From Centroscyllium fabricii (lineage: Eukaryota), in assembly GCA_051313645.2 (NCBI GenBank), contig JBNRSN020000003.1, positions 234,794,001 through 234,858,000 on the forward strand: 64,000 bases of DNA. The letters are read 5' to 3'. The notes beneath the pieces were generated by a model. The model did no database searches and was not told the DNA's origin. It saw nothing but the letters and a program-made list of their open reading frames with translations. Shown here one piece after another: positions 14,376-28,668 of this stretch. A program made the translations under genes and the position numbers. Numbering within the stretch: position 1 is the first letter of the stretch; each line of letters opens with the position of its first letter.

Positions 14376-17300
14376 GTGAACGTCATACTAAATGCAACTA
14401 TCACAAATGAATAAGCATTGTGTCATGTAGTTGCTAGACTTTACTTTCAATCTTCAATTTTAAAACACAAAGCCAATCTACAAGATGGACTTTTTAGTTG
14501 AAATATATGTGATGAAAAGCGACACCCTGCTATCTGATGCTCCTAATTAGAAAACTGAATGGGTATTTGCAGTGATCTGAATTTCGTGACTACTTTTATA
14601 AAAAATATATCGTACAAATATATTAAATGTCGACACTTAACATCTGTGTCACGGAAATGGTCTGATTAGTATTTTATTAACTAAAAGAATATCATATCTG
14701 TTCTCTGCAATATTTCAATTCAATTATCTTGCATTTGTAGCTTTGCTCATACCAACGGAGAGGATATAAGAAAATCGTACCAAAACAAATCGAACTTTGT
14801 TGATCCATCTTTCCATGAAACCACTTGACGAAAGCACTGAATTGTGTTTCCCACCTTTCTTTGTCAAATATATCAGTAAGGTAAATTAAAATAGTACACA
14901 TAACCTAAATAAAAAAGCATTGTAAGTATTTATTTGTTTTTTAAAGCACTTTTATTTACCTAAATTTTGAAAATAGGTAGTTATTAATCTGGCTTATCAT
15001 ACATTTATACGTAGCTTCGATCATTTTTTGCATTTCATGTTCATGAAAATCTTCTACTGTGGTAGGATAAAGTCGAACCGAAATAGCTGATTTCGGTCTA
15101 GTGACACTACAAATGCTGTATTGAAACAAATGAAATAAAAGAGCGGACCTGCCAATCTTTTATCCAGCAATATATAGCTGTAATATGAGCCTTCTTCGGA
15201 CAAGGTTGGTTGATAGTGAAATATATCTAGCAATGTAAAACGTTTTATTTTTATAATTAAATTGCACGAAAGAGTTCCCGATTAAAAAGAGAATATTTAC
15301 ACTGAATAGCAGCTCATCAGTTCATAAAACATTGAAAATGATTTCTCGTCTTATTCTATTGAAGATTATAATTATTTCATCTTGAAGTTGTTAGCAGCAC
15401 AGTGACATAACTGATGTAACGCATCTGATTCCCTTAGAATCAGACTCTATTCTGTTTTGGACTGTACTGTGCTGGAATGATTTGTGGCTCAAGTCTTTTT
15501 TTAAGTAGTAATTTTACACAACCGGTGTCACGAACTTCCATATATGTGTTTAGTAATTTGTTCCTACGTCTACTCCAATGGAGACAAAATTCCCACAAAT
15601 ATTACACAGTGATACATTTAGTGCTGTGTTGTCCAGGAGCTTGCTTAAATTGACTTAAATGGTCATCAAACTGCGCCAGGAAAGCATGTCATGGAGTCTT
15701 ATTTCGCAGATATGGGAAAAAAGCGACTGAACAAAGGAATGAAAAGAGAACTATAAATTCAGAAATACTGGCTACCAAAAGGTTTGTTTCAAGACTGATA
15801 GTCACTGTTCCTATGGCAATTATCCTTATTTTCTCCTTCGAGATATTTAAGCAAGGGAAGGACACGTTCATATTGTGTGATTATTTTGACCAGACACCAG
15901 TGATAAATCCCATATGTGAATCCAATGCAAGCAAACACTTCCTGTAAAACAATAAGCATTTACTTACATTCTCCCTATCTCAAAGTCACAGCACAGAGAG
16001 AAGGAGATTCAACATTATGTTGAGTAGCATACTGAGCAAATTGGTGCAATTTTATAGCGACAATGTCAATAGCCTTCACCTAAAGCCTCTTAAAAAAATC
16101 CAAACTGGCTCACTAACATGTAAAGAAAGTCACATTTAAGCTTCGAATACATATAGATTTCAAAATAGGTTCACAGTTAAGAGGCAAGATATCAGTATAA
16201 CTGTACACCAGTCTTTTTCAAACACACTGAATGCAGTGTGGATTAAAAAGCGAAGAGCATAGATGCCAGCGGCGCTCAGCTTTATTTCTTCAGAACGTCA
16301 GAAAATATTCTTCTAATGATTACGTGACAACTGCCATTAATTGTTTCACAATTGTGCAGAAATTCTTTGATTTCTCCTTTCGTTTTATTAGTGTTTTGAA
16401 GTATTGTTGGCAAATGAATGGAGAATGTTACAGAAAAAGATAAGGCAACAGAAGTGAGCTCAATTGCAAACAATATAAAGAGACTGCTTAACGCCTGTCG
16501 AAATGTTCCTTTTAGTAAAAGGTGTTAACTTCATGCTGCCGGCGCTGTAATATTTGCAATTCCATATTAGGCAATCTGTACATTAAATATTCTGCAGGAG
16601 AGGAATCAAGAATTACAGCTTAAATTGAAGGTGCATGCTTGCCTCTGCTGTACAGTCTTGCAGTGTATAATTGTATACTGTTAACAAGAGTGCATTGTGA
16701 CACCACGCCTTACCTTAACACTCTCATCTATATATCAAACATCCCCACTTACGAAATCTACGTGGTGCTGAACGCAGGGGATTTCAAACTTACTTTGATG
16801 TGGTTCATAAAAACTGAACTTCACCTGAATGTTTAGCTCCCCCCTCCTCCTCCTCTTGTTTCTTATTAAAACCACCACATTCCTTCTGTCCAGTGATAGC
16901 TTATTAAACTGTCCTTTGTCCTTCCTTGTGCTGTCTGTATAATGTTATGGAAAGCGTGAGTTAAATTTTCACACAGCAGTCACGTGCAAAGTTCGGAGGG
17001 CCGTTAATGTATAATCCGAAGAGCAACAATTAGTAAACCGAGTTCAACTGTCTGAATGAATAGGAAAGAATAACCACAGACACGTCAGATTTAAAAAAAA
17101 AAAACACTTTTTTCTCGTCCTCCACGGAAAGAATATTTGAAATATGTGCAGCATTTGAATCGTTACCAAACATGAGACGACTACTCGGAAGTATCGGTCT
17201 GAAGTTAAATAATCGTGATAACACAAAGGCTGGTTAAACTGTGAATGAAACTTTCTTATAAACTTTAGTTTGAGCGAATTTTCGTAGCTGCCCTTTGTAC

Positions 17301-20300
17301 TTAAGATTCCCTTTCAGAAAGTGAGTATTCACAAAGACGTCTCTAAATAGCGCCTTGAAAGGTGTTCACATGAGGACACTGTCTCCTTTCTAGTAACAGA
17401 GAGCGAAGATCTGACAGGTTTTGTTGTCAGTAGTATAGTGAGAGCTTTGTAAGATATTCGTTTTTCTTTCTCTAAATGCTCCAACTTAATAAAGACCCCC
17501 TGTCTTAAAGCGTGCATACCCCTGCTGTCTCTGTCCACCCTGTGTCCAGTCTGTCCCTCGAACCCCCCACGTGATGTCTGCTAACATAATTTTAATGATT
17601 TTGTCAACGTACACAGAATTAATTTTCATAAAAATGCAAAACAGACACCGTCCTTTGCAAGTATGTTCTTAGAACCTCCTTAAATGCTCCGATGTTGAGT
17701 AAGAAAGACTGCTCCTTGACTCTAAATTCATCCCATTTCAAAAGAAAGGGTTTCAAACCTGCAAAAAAATTCGCCCCATTCAGATTAGGAGCGTTTATTT
17801 CTTGCTTGGCCTTTGAACAGAGAGGTCATGTCACTCAGAAAAGGGCTATTCCTTCCCTCTCCCCCTCCCCGCAACCACAGCGCTCACTCACTCTCACTCT
17901 AAACAAACCTCGGTCCGGGCTGGCTTTAAGGCAACATGCTACAAAGATTAAAGATTTGGCTTTTTTTACAAGAAAACGAGGTGCTTCTGTAATCATAGCA
18001 ACGGTATGTAGGCCACAAAGTGCTACCAAACAGCCAGTGATGTCCTCCCTGGAGCGTTCGAGTCTCAGGCTTGTAGGATTTTTATCGACTGTTGCTGCTT
18101 CGCTCTATAGCAAGTCTCTCTATGAATTAAAATTAAACATGGCTGACTCAATGTCAGCAATAAGCAAAATATATTAAAGTGTGGGATGTGACCGGCAAAG
18201 AGTCATTACCTGGCGCATCTATATTTAAAAAAAAGCCTCGCTTGCAATGTGCTGTTGAAGGTATTTTCTGTTTGTTTTTCATTCTTTCTATTTTTTTTAC
18301 GGACTTGCCTGGTTATGCAGGAAAATGTATGTTGACGGGAACGTTTAGTAATGGATTATTTACGAGGGAATCAGAGGGTCAAGTTCTGGTCTAAGTGGCA
18401 CATCTGCGAAACATTGAGGCTACTAATTCACCAAAGGCTGCACGGCTTTTATTGTAGACATATTGGGGAATTAGTACGAGTCCGCGGCCCCCCTTCGCAA
18501 GGGGGAGGGGGCACTGATTATATCATGATGTATTGCTGGCTACACGTTCAATCTGTAACACTGCAGCTAAAACGTGAAGACGAAAAAAATCTAACAAAAC
18601 ACTCTAGCCATCCATTATGAAGAAAAATAGGAGCCATGCTGAGAAATTAGGTAAATAAATTCTAAATTAGAAGAATATTAACCACAACATCATTCACACA
18701 GCTCCACGCCTGTCTGTCCTGATGTGCAATTAAATTAAAGCAAATTCACATTTGAACATTTGCTGGTTATGGTGTAGTTTATACTTTTAAAATCTCCCTC
18801 TCTCTGTTATAGCTCCGAGATAGCAACACTGGGTTTCTGGGTTTGTGAATCTAAAGGACGATATGAATGGTTCCAGCTTTATGTCATAAAACTGCCCTGA
18901 ATGTACTAAACGTATGTGTGCCAGTTCATCAATTCCTCTTCCCTTTAAAACGATTCAACATTTACAATAGACCTACCTCGCACATGTCATTGCAAGAAGG
19001 CAGATGTTATTTTTGCACGTTTCATACAGTGACTGGGTACATGTATTACTTTGGAAATGTTCCAGTCCGCCCATATTGTTTGCTAAATGATTGTTACTTC
19101 AGATATATTAAACTCAAGAGAAACTGGACTGCAAATCAGGTCTATCAAACAAGCATCTGTGATTTTTACCTCGGGAGAAATTATTAAAATGTTCAAATGT
19201 AAATCGCGTGTCCCTTCGTCCTAATTGAAAACGTTATCTGTTGTATGTGTAGTTTATTTCTAGATTTAGTTATCTCCAAATATGTAATCATGTTTCTATT
19301 TGCATTAGCGAACAATGCAATTCGCAAACATGTGCGCAGTTAAACAACTATTTTATTGGAAAAAGTAAACAGATTGAAATTTTAATTCACTGTATGTGAT
19401 TGGATGGTGACAGTCCAGTATTCGGGTTAGTTGTATATATGTATTAATCTATAGAGGGAGCGAGAGACCGTTATGAAATATAAGCGCTGGTAACTTAGCA
19501 ATGTGACTGCATTAAAACAAGCCACTAATAAAATTGGTCTCAGCATGGTGTATAATTGCAACAGAATGTTTCCAAATAACATTTGAAGAGATAGTTGATC
19601 ATGGAGTCAGAATCACAGACTGGCTGCTGTGTACTCGAAGCGCTCCGGCACTGTTGAAGAAAACCCAGGTGTGAACAGCCCCAGAAAGTCCTCCACACAT
19701 GTTAAGTTTTCCACATGTGAATGTAGTGAAAATAAGGAAAGGTGTCACATCAATCACACCATGGTCCAAACCACATCTCTGCTTACACACTTATAGTGCG
19801 GCCTATGCAAGAAGGAGACCTTTTTTTTACATATTTGTTGAAACAAATATGTCCACATCTGTGCTCTGTAGAGGATGTCTTTAAAATGTATTGACGTCAC
19901 TGTTGCTGATCAGGGTGTACAGCAGAAGGAATCTCCTGACATTCCCACTGACTGTTAAAGGTTTTATTCTGTTTACATTCGCTGTACTGAGGCTGCAGAG
20001 AAACTCCAGCCGAGAGCATCTCCTGTGCCTGTCAGATCTTCAAGTGAAACCTCTCCACTCTGCCCTTATTCTACAATCTGCAGATTTCCATTTAATTTAT
20101 CTATCACTGAACCCCGGGTCTACAAACAAAAGCCCCTCTTTTCCCCCATCTCCTGGCTTTTCACTTGTGTTCGTATCTTTTATTTTCGTTTTTAGAGTAT
20201 TTTTAGAACCGATTCTTATTCCAATTTATACTTTTTCAAAAATATGTATCCTTGTGAATTCACTTAGTCATTATTCCATATCCGCAGTGCTATAAATCAA

Positions 20301-23300
20301 TTCTCTTGTTCTTCCTCGCTTTTTTGCAGCCTTTTTTTCCATCTCGGCCTGCTCCTCTCTCTCTCACACACACACACATATACAAATATCACTGAGATGC
20401 AAATGCCACGTGTTGATAAATTTGTACTTAAATCCAATCTCAAAATAAATAAAACTCTTACTTTTTGCAGACATTCCCCTCTGGCCGCTGCCTCCTTTAA
20501 TTATGTGTGCTAGATTTCTTCCCTGTGAAAAAAAAGCCTGGGGTTTTGGATAGAATCTCGGTGCTGTGTTTTTTTTGAGAAGGGACTACGCGCCCCATAC
20601 CCAAAGGCTCTCAGTTAAGTGCAGATTGAGACATATCGGGTTCCTTATAAAAGGATCATTTCATGTGGGAGGTTGGACACAAAGTTTGGACTCGTGACTT
20701 GCATTCCTGAGCGACATGCATATTTTAAAACAACAAAGCAAGCGAGGAACAAGGCTTAGAGAAACAAAAAAAACTTGGAAGAGAAGTTTCTGAGCGATAA
20801 GAATCTCTGTTTAAAAAAATTTATATCCAATAATTGCTATCCTTTCAGAACACCCTGGGCAACGTGTATTGTAAACTTGGGAAAATTTTGCTTCAATTAT
20901 AGGTTGATTGGGTTGTTCGCCCAAAGACATTAAGTATGGTTAAAACCTGCAACAGTTAAAGTGAAGAAAGGACAGCACAGAATAAATTGTTTACAAGTGC
21001 ACGGTTAAAGCGACCATGCGTTCCGGTAAAATGTGAAGTACCTTCGCAGATTCAGCACATTGCTGCTGACTTGGTTTATAATGATCCCGTCCTTATGTAA
21101 TGAGTGCCGTTATTAATGGGAAATCAAATGAGGGGAAACTCAGACGAAATAGTGACAGCTGAAGAAATGGGCAGCGTCACACAGCGTGTGAAACCACAAT
21201 TTAATGCCTGGTGCCAAAAAATGCTCTGATTGCTTTATTCATTTCATTCATTTAACATGTGATGATCAGCCTAGAAACTGAAAACGACAAATCCAGGCGA
21301 AATATCATGTAGGCCACATACACACGTGTTCTGTGCAGCTCAGCGAAACTGCAGCGTTCTCCTCCAAACTGCATCGATTATTATTTCCACCATAAAACAC
21401 TATTTGCAACATGTGTGGAAATTTGAGCCCCCGCAGAAAGAAAAATGAAGACGGAATGAGAGAACAAATAGTGAGGACATAGATATCTCTGTTAGTTGTC
21501 AATGCAGGTCCATGGGCCGGGAATGCTAATGAGGCTTTGCAGTGAAGGCTAGAGCTGTGTGTGTGCACAGGGATCGATAGCTGACCCAATGGTTTGGGCA
21601 ATGCTTTATCTGGGCGAGCAATGATATTATCAGCCTTGAATGTTATATACAGCAAACGTCTTCCTAAATCAACACAAACGGTTCGCTTACAGAAGCCATC
21701 CCACTACCCACTTTGGAAAACGCCCTTCACGATTGGGATATTTTATATCCCGTAGCTTTCATTTGATCCATTGCCTCAGCTTGATCTAGGACTCTGTAGA
21801 CAGGAAGATATATACACAATTATACAGCCATCATCTTGCCTGCTAACAGACTTGTCCCTGATAACCCGGTTGTGTTTGGTCTACTGAGAGAGAGAAACCC
21901 ACACAGTCTTGTTTTATTTTGCCGTACAACATTTTTATTTAAATCAATTTGTCAACAATGTAAACGATGGTTATATAAATTCATTTTTATTAATAATACA
22001 TCAGGAAATACATATCATTGCTGAGCATTTTTAGAAATCCTTTCATGTTGCTTGACAATGACATTGCAACCTCACATACATCTTAACAAGGCTCCCCCCC
22101 CCCCCCCCCCTCCCCCCCACGCCAGCCCACACTTTTGCCTACAGTGTTAATGCGGCTGGTCCATATTTCTTAAGACATTTTAATAACCTCTGAACTGTTT
22201 ATATGATGCCAAGCCACTGATGTTGCATATTTTATAGAAGGCATCATGGAATGGACAATGATTCATAACATAGATACAGAAGATCTCGAGCTAACACAAT
22301 GTTTCGATTCATTAAATATACAGAAAATGACAGGCTGCTTTTTATGTTTGAGAACCGGCGGCAAGTAAACATGTTTTTTTGTCTGAAAGTCAGTGGCCTT
22401 CTTTCCTAAGTGCAAATAAATGGCGAATGTACCTCTCTTCAATCAGATAATAAGCCAGGGAGGGTGCAGTGGAGTCCCCAATAGCTGACATGACAAGACT
22501 CTGGGCTGTGCACTTGTGTACTCTCTTGTACAGATAGTGAAATGTGCAATGTGGACCTTTTTTTAGGCTGATATTTTTATGGGGTGGGTGGACGCTGGAA
22601 CTCGGATTCTTCGGTGCAGGGTTTGAAACGTATTCCCTGACAAGTGGGGATAATAAATGAGAGTCGCTTTCAGATAGATATCTCAGACGTGAAATTGCGC
22701 CCAGCTGGTTGTGTAAGCAAACAAATAGTTTCATGTAAGACTCTCGACTTGTAGGTTGATGAATAGAACACGACATCGGTAAATGGGTCTTTAACTCATT
22801 TAGGAATAAAACTCTTGGCTCTCTAAGTGAAAGACACGGAGACGCCATGTACCCAGGGCAATCGCTATTTAAAAAAAAGAGTTTTATTAGTTTCCACTCC
22901 TTCACCCACATTTTTGCCATTAAATCCAAACGTCAGTCAATTACAATGGTCACCAGCTCAGCAGTGAAAAATCTGAACAGGCCCTAACTTTGGTGCACAT
23001 ATGGAGATTAATAGATTTGTTTTGTGAAAATACTTGAGGTTTGGAAATGCGAGAAGTTAAATGGGAATGTATTAGAAGGTAAACATACTTTTTCCTATTT
23101 GACAAATGACATCTGCTTGTAAAATAAAACCACCTTTTAGACAAACACGATGGCGGGGTGGGGGGGGGGGGGGGGGCGCGGGGAGGCGTTCAATTTAAGT
23201 AGTGTTTTTAAAACAAACTACTTTTCAGGATTAATCTCAAGACCTGCTTTCTCCAAAACCATATTGAACACAACATCAACGGATTCGCTCTGCAGCTTAA

Positions 23301-23649
23301 AATCAGGCCGATCAAATATCTTTTTAATTTGTTATTTTTTTTTAAACGTGCTCAAACGGTGCAGAAGAAGTGGCCGAGTTAAGCGGTGAAGATGGACAGG
23401 TGGAATGAAAATAAATTCACTTCACTCAACTGGAACTGTAATAAACACAGTTATTTAAAAGAAATGTTTCAAACGACGGGCAGACAGTGCTTAGCCTTTG
23501 CATAGTTAGATCCCTAAGGGAGACCCTTTTTGATTTTTTAAACAAACAGCAGCTTCAAATCCATCTGAAAAAAGATTGGACAACCCGTTTGAGAAACTGA
23601 AGCCAGGCAAAAAGGGGGCAGAATAGGACAGGTAGTGCGTTCGAAAGTA

Positions 23650-24062
23650 AATATTCGGACAAAAAGAGATAAAATCATGCAGTTAAGGGACAATCAAACA
23701 AAAAAAAGGAACCGAGTAAGTGTCTGCGGAGAATTCGGGTTTTAAAGGAGTGGAGGGACCAAAAGAGGGAATTCAGGCAAAACAGGGAAAGAAACGAGCC
23801 AGCAATGCTTCAGGGGAGAATCAGGCAAAAGAAGGCAAAGAGACAGGGCTGTGTGCTCAATGACAATTCGGAGAAACCAATAAAGGAAAGATTGTGTTTG
23901 AGAAAGTAGAATCCAGACCCCGTGTTGAAGAAAATTCAAACAGGAACAGGGCGAAAGACCAGATGGCGGGTTTAAAAGTGAATTCGGGCAATAAGAGATT
24001 GAAGGATAATGTTTGTGATAATTCAGGGCAAATACTGAAAAGGGAAAACAGATGGAATTCTG
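23650..24062 (+). repeat. Degenerate purine-rich tandem repeat with a (G)AATTC(A/G)GGCAA core
   Basis: Core variants at about 23731, 23769, 23818, 23864, 23933, 23980, 24020 and 24055 (spacing ~35-70 nt). Confidence 0.55.
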
Positions 24063-26507
24063 CACCCAACAGCTCTCAAATTTGTCTTTTAAAAATTAGA
24101 AGTGTAACGCTTCATGAAAGAATAAAACATCTTTGCAAACTGCACATGATTTATTACACGAACAATATACAGCTGGTTTCATGTTTTATTAAAAGTACAC
24201 TAACATCATAATTAAACACATACACTTTTCCTGCGTTTAATTGTTCATACTCATTTTCAGATTAATTTATGCATTGACAGCAATATAAGCCCCCCTCCAA
24301 CCGCCCCACCCCCTTCCCACCAAAAGGCCAGCTTTTCAGCTTCTGCTGCTGAAATGTAAAGCTCTGGCAACCCTTACTTTTCTAAAACTCCCTTCTTGCG
24401 CATTCTGGACCTTTGGGTCATTTTAATTTGAGAAACCTCGAAATATTCTGATATAAAGCAACCGTCGTTTTCTTAATTGCGAGTCTAGTTTTATTCAGAG
24501 TTTGTTCCTGGGGCGTAACACCATTCCACCCTCTCATATTAACCATGCTGTAAAGTCAATGGGTAAAATTCACAACGTCATAGCACATTACATCCTTTTC
24601 AGTAAAATAATTTGAAAATCCTATTTTTTAACTACGGAAGAATTTATTGGGGAAGAAAACAAATAATATGACTACAATAGTAATAACACCATTTGCAGAG
24701 GAATTTATTTGAAATAGAGAAGAAACAGAAAGCAGCATTTAACTGTGTAAACAGTAGTGTGTGGAAAAGTGATTTATTACACTAAAATTTCACCATTTTG
24801 ATATAAAACTCAATGTGGTACACAGAGTACAGAAATTAAATAATACAAATATAAATAACTAGAGGACAACCTCTAGGATACGAAAGTATAATCCACGTAC
24901 TACTCAGATTATTAATACTTGACCACACACTGCAAAGTTTCCAGATTTGTTTAATGAATTATGATGATAGAAGTTATAGATTATGTCTCCAAGAGGCTTT
25001 GACTTTGCTGTTTTACAAGGGCTGGAACTGGACAGGGGAAACGTTTTCTTAAATGTATGTAAAAGCCTTTAAAGGCCGCCATATTTGTGTGCTACTATCT
25101 GTGTTAAATGAGCCTGGTTTCACATATTATTAAAGTACTGGACTGGGCTGCAATTTCGCCAAAAAGAAAAGGGCAACCTTTAATAATAAATATGCTGTCG
25201 TCTCCAATACAATCAGTGTTTTACTTCGACTGAAACACAATACATTGAGCCAACTGCAACACAAAAGTGTCAATTTCAGGCATCTAAAGTTGAAATCAAC
25301 ATTCAGTTTCAGGTTAAACATAAATATTCTGTAACAGTGATCTGCACTTTAGTTTTTCAAAGGATTGATAATCTTTGAATGTTCCAATTAATTCAATTCC
25401 TTGGAAAACCTTCCGAGATAGCTGCTCAGTTGTACTTCTTAAAAAGGAGATGCAAATTTAAAATAATAACAAAAAAAGATAATTATCAGTAGGGAGTCTC
25501 GAACCGACTGGGTTAAGATAGCGTCATCCTCACAAAATGTCTGCGCAGGTTAAAAGCAGGTGGCAGTAAAAAAAAAGACTCCATCAGTTATTAAACAATC
25601 TGTACTCAATGTACAAATATGTCTTTAGCAAAAAGAAAGTGGCGTGCAGTATTTACACAGTGTCAGAGCTGCGTGTTTAATATCGTCACAGACAACATCA
25701 AGGCTATTAATCTATATAGAATGGAATCGCGCGGTATTATAGAGGACTGAGTCGCCACAGATCATGCTGGAATCAGGTCTTAGGTCTCACGAACAGAGCC
25801 ATGAAATAAAATAGATGTGTTTATATAAGTGAATTCAAACAAGTAATCAGAAACAGTGCTTCAAAATAGAAAAAAATGTATTTTGGAACACAACTACTAT
25901 CCCCCACAGTTCCTGACATGTTATGAAATACCACAGGACGCCCCTGTCATAGTCTGTGCTAACAAGTTTAAACAGTATTTTAATTGGATTTAACGGTGAA
26001 ACGCTGAAAAATCATTATCTATTAGGGCTTTGATGTCGATGGGCGGCCGTAAAAGGGTAATGTAAAAGTCGTGGTTGAAGGAAAGAGGGGCCTAGGGGCA
26101 ACGCTCATAGCGACAACAGACAATACGTTGTAGTCAAACCCACTGAAACAGCGCTGATCAGAATTAAAAAATACCCTGAAATATCCATAATATTAAGTGC
26201 AGCCAGGGTGTGCACAGCAATGTCTCAGTTCTTTTTTTCTGGTTCTTCATCTTACTTGTGTGTGTAGGCATGTGTGTGTATTGTCACTGCATACTGCTGT
26301 TGTGGGTGCATATATACATGTGCATTAGAACATACATAGACAATCTATTTACACGTTAATTATTCCATCTAAAAGTGTCTATAGCCATCGCCCTGTGTAT
26401 CCTGCAGCTTTGCGACTAGAATGTTAAAAACCCCAAGCGGCCAGATAGCAGGATCTCGTTAAATGCAAAGAGAAAGCTTGAGAGCATAGAGATGAAAATG
26501 AAAAAAA

Positions 26508-26612
26508 CATACACACTATATATATTTATACATATATATATATATATAAAACAGACACATCTCTCTCACACACACACGCACAATATACGTTCACTCCCAC
26601 CAACACACACAC
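26508..26612. repeat. (TA)n/(CA)n microsatellite mix
   Basis: Visible dinucleotide runs. Confidence 0.85.
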
Positions 26613-27772
26613 TTGCAGCCACTCTCTCGGATTCACAATGTGCCTCGTACTGCTATACTCTGGGCTGGCTGTTAGGTTTAATTTCGATGCAGAGTTGTTA
26701 AAGAAAGCTCTCCCATGACAGTGTGTGCTAGAGCTTTGACCCGGATTATAAAACATTAATGAAAGCAGCAACTGAAATCTACAACATCCTTCTCTAGGCA
26801 AGGCACAGCAGTCTTTACATCGTCACTGTCTGAAAGCGGTGGGCTCTTTCACATCTTCTTCCGAATATTTGTATCCAGATATAGCCAGCACATCACTTTA
26901 ATGGTATTATTTAGAACATGATGAGGAATTTATACATATATATGATTATTAGGGCCCCGCCGATTAATTTCCATATATCTGTGGGATGGGAGTCCCCTAA
27001 ACTCTATATTGTCGATCACCGAGCAGAGAACGACACCACCAGTGAACAGATAACACAGACACAGCTGCGATAGATCTCTTTTATATCACTTTTGTAACTG
27101 TTCCAACATAACAACCATTTTTTACAAGAATATTTCATCATACCCACAGAACAACGCCACAGTACAGCGTGTTTGCAAGAGTACGACGCTTATACTTGAT
27201 CTAGACGTTGTGTTCCGTTTTTTTTTAAAGTCTACAGGTAAACAGGCTTGGCAGTAGTGATAGGAAAGTTTTGTTACATGGTTCAAAACTGGGGAGTGGA
27301 GGTGAGTTTTGGGGGATGGGGGAACAAACAGAAAATAAAACTATTTTGTTTCCACGTGGAAAGTCAGAGACAATGAGGTGATGTGGTGGTGGTGGGGGGC
27401 GGGGGGGCAACTGGTTATAGTAACAAAACAAAACTGTAATCAAGGTCAGTCCTGAACACAAATCAAGAACTTCAATCAACCTAATTCCAGAGTTCATGAA
27501 GACTTTTTTTTAAATCAAAGAAAAAGGTGTCTTGGACACTCAGACCAAAACTCTTAATTCTACAAAGGCAATGGGAATTGACACAGAATACAAGTGTTCT
27601 TTAGAGGGCCCACTGTGTGATAGTTCTAAAAACACGTTTTCTCTATTAACATTTAGCAGTGCTCTCTTACAATCTGATCACTTTTTAAAACGTCAGTTTC
27701 GCCAATACTGCAGGCTAGTTGGTCCGCTTAAAGCGACAAAAAGTTTCTTTTTTAAATGTTGTGCTAAATTCT

Positions 27773-27778
27773 TTTATT
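27773..27778 (-). terminator. Polyadenylation signal AATAAA of NR2F1
   Basis: Plus-strand TTTATT in the minus-strand context AAATAAATAAAAGAATTTAGCA, ~530 nt after the stop codon. Confidence 0.7.
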
Positions 27779-27858
27779 TATTTGTTTAATTCTGGTTTCA
27801 ATTTTAATTCTTGGAGAACATAGCTTTGACGACATAAATCGCACTCATTATAAGAAGC

Positions 27859-28004
27859 NNNNNNNNNNNNNNNNNNNNNNNNNNNNNNNNNNNNNNNNNN
27901 NNNNNNNNNNNNNNNNNNNNNNNNNNNNNNNNNNNNNNNNNNNNNNNNNNNNNNNNNNNNNNNNNNNNNNNNNNNNNNNNNNNNNNNNNNNNNNNNNNNN
28001 NNNN
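27859..28004. other. Assembly gap (N run) within the NR2F1 3'UTR
   Basis: 146 N. Confidence 1.
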
Positions 28005-28305
28005 TCTGTTTTTTTAAATGCGCATACGATTTTTTTAAATTTTACAAAAAAAGGAAAATAAAGAGTAATATTTTACAAAATGATAAGCGATGCTTGTGGT
28101 AATTGTGGTTCTACACATGATGCAGTTCAGTTTCTTTTCACAGAATAAATCCCACAGTCAACAGCTTGGCCTCTTGGAAGGTCCTTTTATTTTCACAGAT
28201 ATCATCCTATAGGAACTTTCAAGTCCTTGAATAGAGAGGGAGGCTCGCCTAAAATGCTTGTGTGTTTTTTTTTTGTTTTGTTTGGGGAGGGGTGTCCTTC
28301 TCTCA

Positions 28306-28632
<327 letters not shown>

Positions 28633-28668
28633 TTATTTTAATCCTCGCTTATTGTTTTGATACCAATC

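Larger units (their letters stand above)
27755..28305 (-). other. NR2F1: NR2F1 3'UTR (interrupted by an N gap)
   Basis: AU-rich sequence between the stop and AATAAA. Blocks such as TTTTGTAAAATTTAAA..ATCGTATGCGCAT and GCTTCTTATAATGAGTGCGAT resemble the mammalian NR2F1 3'UTR as I recall it. The cleavage position is approximate. Confidence 0.75.

Noticed and set aside
14076-14414. ORFs of 105-112 aa
   Set aside because: Artefacts of the N gap.
17692-18177. 161-aa ORF (also 22390-22929, 35653-36198, 19891-20295, 4518-4907)
   Set aside because: No domain similarity or exon structure; lengths are compatible with chance.
18489-18505. Small hairpin CCCCCTT-CGC-AAGGGGG (also an 8-bp stem at ~15077-15097)
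   Set aside because: Too short for a pre-miRNA or structured RNA; expected by chance.
22094-23185. Poly-C/poly-G runs as G-quadruplex elements (also ~29810, ~35665, ~62833)
   Set aside because: Simple homopolymers, error-prone in assembly, with no evidence of function.
23650-24062. CRISPR-like repeat/spacer appearance
   Set aside because: Repeats are short, degenerate and irregular; eukaryotic context; no cas genes.
1-27700. Terminal exon of FAM172A/ARB2A, expected convergent to NR2F1 from mammalian synteny
   Set aside because: No frame resembling its C-terminus was seen; it probably lies outside the window.
28186-28191. Proximal AATAAA on the minus strand, ~115 nt after the stop
   Set aside because: The conserved-looking UTR continues beyond it, so the distal signal is preferred; alternative use cannot be judged from sequence.
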